64,000 nt of DNA from Schmidtea polychroa (Eukaryota): the NCBI GenBank assembly GCA_044892525.1, contig CM097885.1, forward strand, positions 235,974,001-236,038,000, read 5' to 3'. Under the pieces are notes generated by a model. That model saw only the letters and a program-made list of their open reading frames with translations, searched no databases and was not told the origin of the DNA. Below are positions 1-10,245 of this stretch, one piece after another. The first letter of the stretch is position 1. Each line of letters begins with the position of its first letter. Both the position numbers and the translations under genes were made by a program.

Positions 1-3000
1 ACTGAATCAAGGTTCTTACTATATAAGGAATGACAACTATTGTAATTGGAAGTATCCAATAAATTATCTCGAACCATTGCAGGTAAAAGAACCTCAAGTT
101 TGCAGTTAATGACTTCGAGGAAAAAAGAATCTGTATCACCTGCAACGATATTAATTTTACAATTAAACTCATTGCGAAATGATTCCAGATCCTTATATTG
201 CAATTCATACATTCTAAGTTTAGATAGATCAAGTACAGATTGACCAATGTAACTCGGTCTATCTAAACATATAGAATCGGAATTCAATAGTGCTGCAATT
301 AAATTATCTGCTATTTTAATAGATTTTTTAAAAGTCGGTTTTGACGAATATTTAACTAATTTACCGGCAGTTGTACAAAGACGAAGATTCATTCTTCTCT
401 TTAAATTTTCAACTGTTTTGCCGTATAAACTATTATTTAGCAATTTATAATAATTTTTATCTAAGCTATTTACGCTTTTTGATCTTAATTCGGTATTTGT
501 ATCTATATATTTTTTAAAAATTGGTGATTGCTTAAATCTTACACCCCTATTTACACGTGTTACTTTAACACCAAGTTCCAAATATAATTTTAATAATCTC
601 CAATGAATAACATAATTAGATTTTGGAAGATGAGTTAATAATAATTTTTCAACCTTAGACCCAGCAGGTTTCATTTTTTCAGCAGCTACAGGGAAATCAT
701 CCAACTTATCATGAAGCTCAGAAGGAATTACAAGATCAACTTCAAGTGTGTATCCATAAGACAAAGATTCAAGATTTAAATTCCTACATTCATCCATTAT
801 TTTATCAAATCCATCAAGAACCCAACAAAATTCGCCACAAGGTAATGATTGACTTAAAGCCCAGCCATAAAGATTATTAATATCTATATATAGTAACTCA
901 GTGTTCTCGTCGGTTTTTACGTAATGCTTATTCACAAAAGTAAGACCGCCTCTTATTCCACCCTCATAAAAGCTAAACATTTCGTTTTCAGTTATGAGTT
1001 CAATTGGTTCATTTAAAGACATTAATGCAGAAGACCAAGACATGCCTGGAATTCCGAAATAATTCAATGGTTCCAATCTATTGTGAGCAATGGATTTCAA
1101 CCGAAACTGATGAAAGAAATCAGCCAAAAGAAAACAATCAAGTTTTAGGTAGATCATCATATAATCTAATAAAGTTACGCAATTAGTTTCTACCCAAATC
1201 TCCTGAGCTTTTTCATACTCAAGCTCAGTGACACCCTCCCAGATTGGTGGTAATTCATAAGTAGTTTGGAGAATATCTAAAGAAGTGGCGAAATTATAAG
1301 GGAAGATTCCTTTTTCACTTACTATGGTGCCAGAAAAAGCAGAATTAGTAAAAGGCAAAGAATTCAAAGTTTTGACTGCTTTAGCCAAAGAATCATTGAC
1401 AAATTGATACGAATCAATGAATCTTAGGCTAATTTTACCTAAATGAGCAATCAAAGATATAAATTTTTCCGTAGTTATTGGGATACACCCTAAATTCCAA
1501 TTTTTAAATTTATTTAATCCATATTTAAGTATATGGTGCATATCGTATCCCTTCAAGTTGTGAAATACGATAGGCAAAATTTTATTTATTTTTCTATTTA
1601 CGTTACATGTGCTACAAGCTGCACCCAAGTATTTCCCCATAAAATGATCGTGATCTCTAACAGGATCCACGATAGATTTCAAACAAAGATAACAAACCGT
1701 TGAATTAATGAATTGTTGTTGCTCAATTTTCGTTAATTTAATCATTGGTTTCCTACCCATTTTATAATAAAAAGGAAGAACCTTATTTAATGCTATATCC
1801 TCTATAGCACTTAAAAAACTCTCGACGCAATCTAAACCTATGAACTGCTGATAAGATTTAGATCCGTCAAAGTTATTTACTAGTAAAAGACCAGCAGATA
1901 TTGGCATGTGTCGCTGAAAATGATCATTATCAGAAGGTAAAATAGCCTCAAAATCGGCATAAACTACAAAAGGAAGAGTTACTGTTTTCGACCAGTCAGT
2001 AAACTGTAAGAATTTATTTTGAGGGAAGGTGTAAAGAGTTGTTCCTAATTGATTACGTTTACATAATATTTCATGTTTTTCTAGTGCGTGTTTATTATTA
2101 AACCCATTCAAACACCGATGGCACCATAATGAACGTATGCGTGTAGGACAACTAGTGTTGATATGACAATTCATTAACTTATTTAAATTACTTATAGCAA
2201 CGTAATGGAAATTGTTTCCTTTATTTAATAATAGTAAATTAATTACAGTTCCATTTAAAACTTTGGAACGATGTATAATATCTAAATGTGGGTGTTTTAA
2301 TACGTAATTATCTATTAATTGTTTGTTATTGTCATAAGAAAAAACGTTAATTATTAAGCCTGGATTTTTGGCCTCGAATTTTCTAATATCTTTTAATTTC
2401 ATGGGTAAGTCCAATGGATTATATATTAATTCAGATAAATTATAACTGGATCTCCTATTTCTAGCATAACTACTAACCTCATCATATTTTAAAATAGCTA
2501 AAATGCTATATAAAAAACATGAATCATCGGTGTTTTTTATATTAATTAAACAATATTTATTTTTTAGATAAGTAGGTAGTTCAATGAAACTCCTACCACT
2601 TAATCTACTTAGCCTACTTATCTTTGTTATGGTGAAGTGAATTTCTGTTATTTTTTTTATGATCCAGCTACTTCCTAACTCTGTGATATTACTTATTTTC
2701 TCGTTTAGTTCCCTAATGCCTTCGTCAAAAAATGATGCAGTTAAAGGCTTTGCATAATTTGAGATATTATTAACCTTTATTTCCCCGTCTTTTTCAAATT
2801 CGATTGTTATTCCGAATTGAATTTTGACGGAGCCTAATTCGTTAATAATATCTCGTAATTTTTTTATTAGTTGTTCAGGAAATATTATTTCTTTTATATT
2901 TAAGTCGCTTGTATTTAAGCTTAATATTTGATGGGTACCTCTTAGATCTTTTTGTATTATTGGAACATTTCCACCTATTTGTATTATATTTAATCCATCC

Positions 3001-3101
3001 CAAGAGTCAAGGGAAATATTATCTAATCCGACCTGGGATTCAACAACCAATCCATCATGGGATTCGACAACCAATCCATCATTGGATTCCACAAAAGGCA
3101 A
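1..3101 (-). CDS. pPolB type 1, left-arm copy (C-terminus beyond window start)
   Basis: Reverse complement of 6433..9533; absent from the ORF track, presumably because it is open at the window edge. Same upstream in-frame TAA (3146-3144). Confidence 0.9.
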   Translation of the reverse strand, partial: MPFVESNDGLVVESHDGLVVESQVGLDNISLDSWDGLNIIQIGGNVPIIQKDLRGTHQILSLNTSDLNIKEIIFPEQLIKKLRDIINELGSVKIQFGITIEFEKDGEIKVNNISNYAKPLTASFFDEGIRELNEKISNITELGSSWIIKKITEIHFTITKISRLSRLSGRSFIELPTYLKNKYCLINIKNTDDSCFLYSILAILKYDEVSSYARNRRSSYNLSELIYNPLDLPMKLKDIRKFEAKNPGLIINVFSYDNNKQLIDNYVLKHPHLDIIHRSKVLNGTVINLLLLNKGNNFHYVAISNLNKLMNCHINTSCPTRIRSLWCHRCLNGFNNKHALEKHEILCKRNQLGTTLYTFPQNKFLQFTDWSKTVTLPFVVYADFEAILPSDNDHFQRHMPISAGLLLVNNFDGSKSYQQFIGLDCVESFLSAIEDIALNKVLPFYYKMGRKPMIKLTKIEQQQFINSTVCYLCLKSIVDPVRDHDHFMGKYLGAACSTCNVNRKINKILPIVFHNLKGYDMHHILKYGLNKFKNWNLGCIPITTEKFISLIAHLGKISLRFIDSYQFVNDSLAKAVKTLNSLPFTNSAFSGTIVSEKGIFPYNFATSLDILQTTYELPPIWEGVTELEYEKAQEIWVETNCVTLLDYMMIYLKLDCFLLADFFHQFRLKSIAHNRLEPLNYFGIPGMSWSSALMSLNEPIELITENEMFSFYEGGIRGGLTFVNKHYVKTDENTELLYIDINNLYGWALSQSLPCGEFCWVLDGFDKIMDECRNLNLESLSYGYTLEVDLVIPSELHDKLDDFPVAAEKMKPAGSKVEKLLLTHLPKSNYVIHWRLLKLYLELGVKVTRVNRGVRFKQSPIFKKYIDTNTELRSKSVNSLDKNYYKLLNNSLYGKTVENLKRRMNLRLCTTAGKLVKYSSKPTFKKSIKIADNLIAALLNSDSICLDRPSYIGQSVLDLSKLRMYELQYKDLESFRNEFNCKINIVAGDTDSFFLEVINCKLEVLLPAMVRDNLLDTSNYNSCHSLYSKNLDS

Positions 3102-4264
3102 TCCGACCTGGGATTCAAAAGAAGAAGTATCTAATTTAATTTTTTAATTTTTATTATTTTTTTCTATAGTTGAGGGTCTTTTAAAAACACTATCTTTTTT
3201 AAAATTAAACCTATCTAAATGATTTTTATGTTTATTATAAAAAACGCTATATGTTACGGGGTCACTAGTCTTACATACGGGACATATTTTAAAACACATT
3301 TTGACGCTAAAGTTGACTTATTTAACATTTTCATAATAATTTAATAAAAATAATGTGATGAACCCACAAAGTAATATCATTTTTCATCAAATTGCAAAAC
3401 AGTAATAACGTTTTCATAAAATTGTAACAAAGTAATAACATATTTCAGATAAATTTTCAACAGTTGTAAAATATTTAAGCAAATTGTAACAAGATTAGAA
3501 AATATTACAACAAAGTAGTAACATATTTCAGAAAATTTCAACAAATTTGTAAAATATTTATCAAATTGTAACTAAAATAATAAAAATATTGCAACAAAGT
3601 AATAAAATAATAATGGTAATTAAGACAAATCAATACATTATTTCGAAGACGGACAACAAATTAAAAAGAATATTGTAACTAAAATAATAAAAATATTGCA
3701 ACAAAGTAATAAAATAATACAACATTTTAAACTCTAGATCAATCCATTTTATAGAAAATTAAATTTTATCTATATAATATATGAATAAATATCCAAGGAA
3801 ATTACGTTAACGTATAATAAATACAAATTTATCGTAAAAACATGTGTGTATTACACACAAAACAAGATACATAATTTCTAATCAATCCATTTTATAGAAA
3901 ATTAAATTTTATCTATATATTATATGAATAAAATCCTAAGAAAATTACGTTAACTGTATGAAAAATACAAATTTATCGTAAAAACATGTGTGTATTACAC
4001 ACAACATACGAGACATAATTTTTAATCAAGCTATTTTATAGAAAATTAAATTTTATCTATATATTAAATGAATAAAAATCCAAGAAAATAACGTTAAGCG
4101 CGCGAAAAAATACAAATTTATTGTAAAAACATGTGTGCATTACACACAAAGCACCAAACTGAAATTGTAATTGCGCCGTGTTGTAGAGAATTAAATTCTG
4201 CCTATACATTGTTACACTTAAATTTCGATCAGACCTGTGAAAAGAGACATAAAAGAGAAAGAAC

Positions 4265-5269
4265 AGTAGAGTAGTATGATTGGGGCCCGCCTGGCCAGGA
4301 GCCCGCTCGGCCACATATACCCTCTCCCCCCCCCCCCCGTGTGTAAAATAATGTTAATAATAATATTTATATATCAGTATATAGATTTTGCACTGGGCTT
4401 TAAAATAAGTGTTTGATTAATAAATTCGGATGATGGAAACATTACTTTTGGGAAGAAAAAAAGTAGGTCACCGCTGGACCAAATAATTTTAAAAAAAAAT
4501 TACGTAATAGTTCTAAAAATATTAGGCACCATTCTAAAAATATTTGGCATCGTTCTAAAAATATTAGGAATCGTTCTAAAAGTATTAGGCATCGTTCTAA
4601 AAATATTAGGCATCGTTCTAAAAATATGACGTAATCGTTCTAAAAATATTAGACATCGTTCTAAAAATATGATGAGTCATTGTCTTTGTTCTAAAAATGT
4701 GATGAGTCATCGTATGATAAAAATCTATATCTCATTAGAAAGTTCTTGCACAGAGCTTTAAAATAAGCTATCGATCAATATAATATGTTGGCGGGAACAT
4801 TAATCTTTGAGATGAAAAAAGTAGGAGCCCGCTGGGCCAATTAATAATATTTTGACAAATAATAATAATTTAACTTTGAAAAGATGGTGGTCAATAATTG
4901 TTAATAACATTAAAACTATTAAAGATATATAAAATACCTATAGCTCATTCGAAAGGTCTTGGACTGAGCTTTAAGATGAGGTATCGTCCAATAAAATCTG
5001 ATGGCGGGAACATTAACTTTTGGGATGAAAAAAAGTGTGAGCCCGCTGGGCCACTAATAATATGGCATCGTTCTAAAAATATGTGGCATCGATTACGTAA
5101 TAGTTCTAAAAATATGTGGCACCGTTCTAAAAATATTAGGCATCGATTACGTAATAGTTCTAAAAATATGTGGCATCGTTCTAAAAAAATTTTTTTCCCC
5201 GGGGGGGGAGGGGGTATATGTGATCTGGAGGGGACATGGCCGGGAGGGGACACATCATACTACTCTACT
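4265..5269. mobile_element. Non-coding ~1 kb module with Polinton-like imperfect terminal inverted repeats; centre of the palindrome
   Basis: Begins AGTAGAGTAGTATGAT..CACATATACCC-polyC and ends polyG-GGGTATATGTG..ATCATACTACTCTACT. Interior has three copies of a ~90-bp block (~4395, ~4755, ~4965) and 21-bp repeats. Confidence 0.7.
4508..5190 (+). repeat. Two clusters of ~21-bp CATCGTTCTAAAAATATTAGG-like tandem repeats (4508-4700, 5064-5190)
   Basis: GTTCTAAAAATAT core repeated more than a dozen times. Confidence 0.9.
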
Positions 5270-5384
5270 GTTCTTTCTCTTTTATGTCTCTTTTCACAGG
5301 TCTGATCGAAATTTAAGTGTAACAATGTATAGGCAGAATTTAATTCTCTACAACACGGCGCAATTACAATTTCAGTTTGGTGCT

Positions 5385-5800
5385 TTGTGTGTAATGCACA
5401 CATGTTTTTACAATAAATTTGTATTTTTTCGCGCGCTTAACGTTATTTTCTTGGATTTTTATTCATTTAATATATAGATAAAATTTAATTTTCTATAAAA
5501 TAGCTTGATTAAAAATTATGTCTCGTATGTTGTGTGTAATACACACATGTTTTTACGATAAATTTGTATTTTTCATACAGTTAACGTAATTTTCTTAGGA
5601 TTTTATTCATATAATATATAGATAAAATTTAATTTTCTATAAAATGGATTGATTAGAAATTATGTATCTTGTTTTGTGTGTAATACACACATGTTTTTAC
5701 GATAAATTTGTATTTATTATACGTTAACGTAATTTCCTTGGATATTTATTCATATATTATATAGATAAAATTTAATTTTCTATAAAATGGATTGATCTAG
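5385..5800 (+). repeat. Three tandem ~145-bp repeats upstream of pPolB (mirrored at ~3734..4149)
   Basis: GTAATRCACACATGTTTTTAC at 5391, 5536 and 5680. Confidence 0.9.
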
Positions 5801-6432
5801 AGTTTAAAATGTTGTATTATTTTATTACTTTGTTGCAATATTTTTATTATTTTAGTTACAATATTCTTTTTAATTTGTTGTCCGTCTTCGAAATAATGTA
5901 TTGATTTGTCTTAATTACCATTATTATTTTATTACTTTGTTGCAATATTTTTATTATTTTAGTTACAATTTGATAAATATTTTACAAATTTGTTGAAATT
6001 TTCTGAAATATGTTACTACTTTGTTGTAATATTTTCTAATCTTGTTACAATTTGCTTAAATATTTTACAACTGTTGAAAATTTATCTGAAATATGTTATT
6101 ACTTTGTTACAATTTTATGAAAACGTTATTACTGTTTTGCAATTTGATGAAAAATGATATTACTTTGTGGGTTCATCACATTATTTTTATTAAATTATTA
6201 TGAAAATGTTAAATAAGTCAACTTTAGCGTCAAAATGTGTTTTAAAATATGTCCCGTATGTAAGACTAGTGACCCCGTAACATATAGCGTTTTTTATAAT
6301 AAACATAAAAATCATTTAGATAGGTTTAATTTTAAAAAAGATAGTGTTTTTAAAAGACCCTCAACTATAGAAAAAAATAATAAAAATTAAAAAATTAAAT
6401 TAGATACTTCTTCTTTTGAATCCCAGGTCGGA

Positions 6433-9400
6433 TTGCCTTTTGTGGAATCCAATGATGGATTGGTTGTCGAATCCCATGATGGATTGGTTGTTGAATCCCA
6501 GGTCGGATTAGATAATATTTCCCTTGACTCTTGGGATGGATTAAATATAATACAAATAGGTGGAAATGTTCCAATAATACAAAAAGATCTAAGAGGTACC
6601 CATCAAATATTAAGCTTAAATACAAGCGACTTAAATATAAAAGAAATAATATTTCCTGAACAACTAATAAAAAAATTACGAGATATTATTAACGAATTAG
6701 GCTCCGTCAAAATTCAATTCGGAATAACAATCGAATTTGAAAAAGACGGGGAAATAAAGGTTAATAATATCTCAAATTATGCAAAGCCTTTAACTGCATC
6801 ATTTTTTGACGAAGGCATTAGGGAACTAAACGAGAAAATAAGTAATATCACAGAGTTAGGAAGTAGCTGGATCATAAAAAAAATAACAGAAATTCACTTC
6901 ACCATAACAAAGATAAGTAGGCTAAGTAGATTAAGTGGTAGGAGTTTCATTGAACTACCTACTTATCTAAAAAATAAATATTGTTTAATTAATATAAAAA
7001 ACACCGATGATTCATGTTTTTTATATAGCATTTTAGCTATTTTAAAATATGATGAGGTTAGTAGTTATGCTAGAAATAGGAGATCCAGTTATAATTTATC
7101 TGAATTAATATATAATCCATTGGACTTACCCATGAAATTAAAAGATATTAGAAAATTCGAGGCCAAAAATCCAGGCTTAATAATTAACGTTTTTTCTTAT
7201 GACAATAACAAACAATTAATAGATAATTACGTATTAAAACACCCACATTTAGATATTATACATCGTTCCAAAGTTTTAAATGGAACTGTAATTAATTTAC
7301 TATTATTAAATAAAGGAAACAATTTCCATTACGTTGCTATAAGTAATTTAAATAAGTTAATGAATTGTCATATCAACACTAGTTGTCCTACACGCATACG
7401 TTCATTATGGTGCCATCGGTGTTTGAATGGGTTTAATAATAAACACGCACTAGAAAAACATGAAATATTATGTAAACGTAATCAATTAGGAACAACTCTT
7501 TACACCTTCCCTCAAAATAAATTCTTACAGTTTACTGACTGGTCGAAAACAGTAACTCCTCCTTTTGTAGTTTATGCCGATTTTGAGGCTATTTTACCTT
7601 CTGATAATGATCATTTTCAGCGACACATGCCAATATCTGCTGGTCTTTTACTAGTAAATAACTTTGACGGATCTAAATCTTATCAGCAGTTCATAGGTTT
7701 AGATTGCGTCGAGAGTTTTTTAAGTGCTATAGAGGATATAGCATTAAATAAGGTTCTTCCTTTTTATTATAAAATGGGTAGGAAACCAATGATTAAATTA
7801 ACGAAAATTGAGCAACAACAATTCATTAATTCAACGGTTTGTTATCTTTGTTTGAAATCTATCGTGGATCCTGTTAGAGATCACGATCATTTTATGGGGA
7901 AATACTTGGGTGCAGCTTGTAGCACATGTAACGTAAATAGAAAAATAAATAAAATTTTGCCTATCGTATTTCACAACTTGAAGGGATACGATATGCACCA
8001 TATACTTAAATATGGATTAAATAAATTTAAAAATTGGAATTTAGGGTGCATCCCAATAACTACGGAAAAATTTATATCTTTGATTGCTCATTTAGGTAAA
8101 ATTAGCCTAAGATTCATTGATTCGTATCAATTTGTCAATGATTCTTTGGCTAAAGCAGTCAAAACTTTGAATTCTTTGCCTTTTACTAATTCTGCTTTTT
8201 CTGGCACCATAGTAAGTGAAAAAGGAATCTTCCCTTATAATTTCGCCACTTCTTTAGATATTCTCCAAACTACTTATGAATTACCACCAATCTGGGAGGG
8301 TGTCACTGAGCTTGAGTATGAAAAAGCTCAGGAGATTTGGGTAGAAACTAATTGCGTAACTTTATTAGATTATATGATGATCTACCTAAAACTTGATTGT
8401 TTTCTTTTGGCTGATTTCTTTCATCAGTTTCGGTTGAAATCCATTGCTCACAATAGATTGGAACCATTGAATTATTTCGGAATTCCAGGCATGTCTTGGT
8501 CTTCTGCATTAATGTCTTTAAATGAACCAATTGAACTCATAACTGAAAACGAAATGTTTAGCTTTTATGAGGGTGGAATAAGAGGCGGTCTTACTTTTGT
8601 GAATAAGCATTACGTAAAAACCGACGAGAACACTGAGTTACTATATATAGATATTAATAATCTTTATGGCTGGGCTTTAAGTCAATCATTACCTTGTGGC
8701 GAATTTTGTTGGGTTCTTGATGGATTTGATAAAATAATGGATGAATGTAGGAATTTAAATCTTGAATCTTTGTCTTATGGATACACACTTGAAGTTGATC
8801 TTGTAATTCCTTCTGAGCTTCATGATAAGTTGGATGATTTCCCTGTAGCTGCTGAAAAAATGAAACCTGCTGGGTCTAAGGTTGAAAAATTATTATTAAC
8901 TCATCTTCCAAAATCTAATTATGTTATTCATTGGAGATTATTAAAATTATATTTGGAACTTGGTGTTAAAGTAACACGTGTAAATAGGGGTGTAAGATTT
9001 AAGCAATCACCAATTTTTAAAAAATATATAGATACAAATACCGAATTAAGATCAAAAAGCGTAAATAGCTTAGATAAAAATTATTATAAATTGCTAAATA
9101 ATAGTTTATACGGCAAAACAGTTGAAAATTTAAAGAGAAGAATGAATCTTCGTCTTTGTACAACTGCCGGTAAATTAGTTAAATATTCGTCAAAACCGAC
9201 TTTTAAAAAATCTATTAAAATAGCAGATAATTTAATTGCAGCACTATTGAATTCCGATTCTATATGTTTAGATAGACCGAGTTACATTGGTCAATCTGTA
9301 CTTGATCTATCTAAACTTAGAATGTATGAATTGCAATATAAGGATCTGGAATCATTTCGCAATGAGTTTAATTGTAAAATTAATATCGTTGCAGGTGATA

Positions 9401-10014
9401 CAGATTCTTTTTTCCTCGAAGTCATTAACTGCAAACTTGAGGTTCTTTTACCTGCAATGGTTCGAGATAATTTATTGGATACTTCCAATTACAATAGTTG
9501 TCATTCCTTATATAGTAAGAACCTTGATTCAGTCATTGGAAAGTTCAAAGACGAGAATAAAGGTCTTAAATATAAGGAGTGGGTTTTTCTTAGACCTAAA
9601 TGTTATAGCTTGTTGAGTGATGAGGAAACAAAAAAGGCTAAAGGTGTAACATTGAAAGGTAGTGACATAAAACATCAGTCATACCTGGATTGTTATAACA
9701 CTAACCAGATTTTTTCGGTTCCTCAGACTAAAATAACAAGCAAAAATCATCAAATTTTTACAATTAAAAACACAAAAATAGCACTAACTAACAAAGATGA
9801 CAAAAGGGTTTGGGTGGGGAAAAATACTAGTCTTGCATATGGGCATGTAAGATTAAGTGAATTAAATATTGGAGAAAATGTTGGAGAAATTGTTGCAGAA
9901 AATGTTTCAGAAAATGTTGGAGAAAATGATGGAGAAGATGAGGAAGAATTAAATGAAGATTTTGGAGAAGATGACATCGATATCGATGACGTTATTTTGT
10001 CCGATGAGGACTAA
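6433..10014 (+). CDS. Protein-primed family B DNA polymerase (Polinton/Maverick type), type 1
   Basis: ExoI YADFE, DHDH..CxxCN insert, ExoII FHNLKGYD, ExoIII YLKLD, IRGG, YIDINNLYG, KLLNNSLYGK, GDTDS, PKCY. The frame extends to ATG 6235 but has TAA at 6388-6390; the listed start is a TTG. Confidence 0.95.
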   Translation: MPFVESNDGLVVESHDGLVVESQVGLDNISLDSWDGLNIIQIGGNVPIIQKDLRGTHQILSLNTSDLNIKEIIFPEQLIKKLRDIINELGSVKIQFGITIEFEKDGEIKVNNISNYAKPLTASFFDEGIRELNEKISNITELGSSWIIKKITEIHFTITKISRLSRLSGRSFIELPTYLKNKYCLINIKNTDDSCFLYSILAILKYDEVSSYARNRRSSYNLSELIYNPLDLPMKLKDIRKFEAKNPGLIINVFSYDNNKQLIDNYVLKHPHLDIIHRSKVLNGTVINLLLLNKGNNFHYVAISNLNKLMNCHINTSCPTRIRSLWCHRCLNGFNNKHALEKHEILCKRNQLGTTLYTFPQNKFLQFTDWSKTVTPPFVVYADFEAILPSDNDHFQRHMPISAGLLLVNNFDGSKSYQQFIGLDCVESFLSAIEDIALNKVLPFYYKMGRKPMIKLTKIEQQQFINSTVCYLCLKSIVDPVRDHDHFMGKYLGAACSTCNVNRKINKILPIVFHNLKGYDMHHILKYGLNKFKNWNLGCIPITTEKFISLIAHLGKISLRFIDSYQFVNDSLAKAVKTLNSLPFTNSAFSGTIVSEKGIFPYNFATSLDILQTTYELPPIWEGVTELEYEKAQEIWVETNCVTLLDYMMIYLKLDCFLLADFFHQFRLKSIAHNRLEPLNYFGIPGMSWSSALMSLNEPIELITENEMFSFYEGGIRGGLTFVNKHYVKTDENTELLYIDINNLYGWALSQSLPCGEFCWVLDGFDKIMDECRNLNLESLSYGYTLEVDLVIPSELHDKLDDFPVAAEKMKPAGSKVEKLLLTHLPKSNYVIHWRLLKLYLELGVKVTRVNRGVRFKQSPIFKKYIDTNTELRSKSVNSLDKNYYKLLNNSLYGKTVENLKRRMNLRLCTTAGKLVKYSSKPTFKKSIKIADNLIAALLNSDSICLDRPSYIGQSVLDLSKLRMYELQYKDLESFRNEFNCKINIVAGDTDSFFLEVINCKLEVLLPAMVRDNLLDTSNYNSCHSLYSKNLDSVIGKFKDENKGLKYKEWVFLRPKCYSLLSDEETKKAKGVTLKGSDIKHQSYLDCYNTNQIFSVPQTKITSKNHQIFTIKNTKIALTNKDDKRVWVGKNTSLAYGHVRLSELNIGENVGEIVAENVSENVGENDGEDEEELNEDFGEDDIDIDDVILSDED

Positions 10015-10201
10015 TTTTATTGAATAAATTTTATATCTTTACATTTGTTATTTGGTAAATTTTTATGTTTGTTATGTGTCTAGTTCATTTTTATGTGTTT
10101 AGTTAATGTTTATATGTTTTGTTATGTGTCTAGTTATTTTTATGTGTTTAGTTAATTTTTTATGTGTTGTATAGTATTTGGTTGATATATTATTAATATT
10201 A

Positions 10202-10244
<43 letters not shown>

Positions 10245-10245
<1 letters not shown>

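Larger units (their letters stand above)
1..9533. repeat. Giant inverted repeat: arm 1..4280 pairs with arm 5254..9533 around a 973-bp spacer; left arm runs off the window
   Basis: Position i pairs with 9534-i; mirrored ORFs 46..243/9291..9488, 1004..1186/8348..8530, 2909..3139/6395..6625, 4057../..5477. Two mismatches seen (1485/8049, 1975/7559). Confidence 0.98.

Noticed and set aside
46..3139. Short plus-strand ORFs in the left arm and their mirrors
   Set aside because: Antisense shadows of pPolB.
4508..5190. CRISPR-like array
   Set aside because: Repeats are adjacent with no unique spacers, there are no cas genes, and the context is eukaryotic.
4898..5305. ORFs 4898..5305 (+) and 4945..5253 (-)
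   Set aside because: They are translations of the tandem repeats and poly-G tract.
6388..6390. TAA reassignment (alternative genetic code)
   Set aside because: TAA and TAG terminate genes normally here (pPolB, crn, hAT), and the paralog has AAA at this codon.
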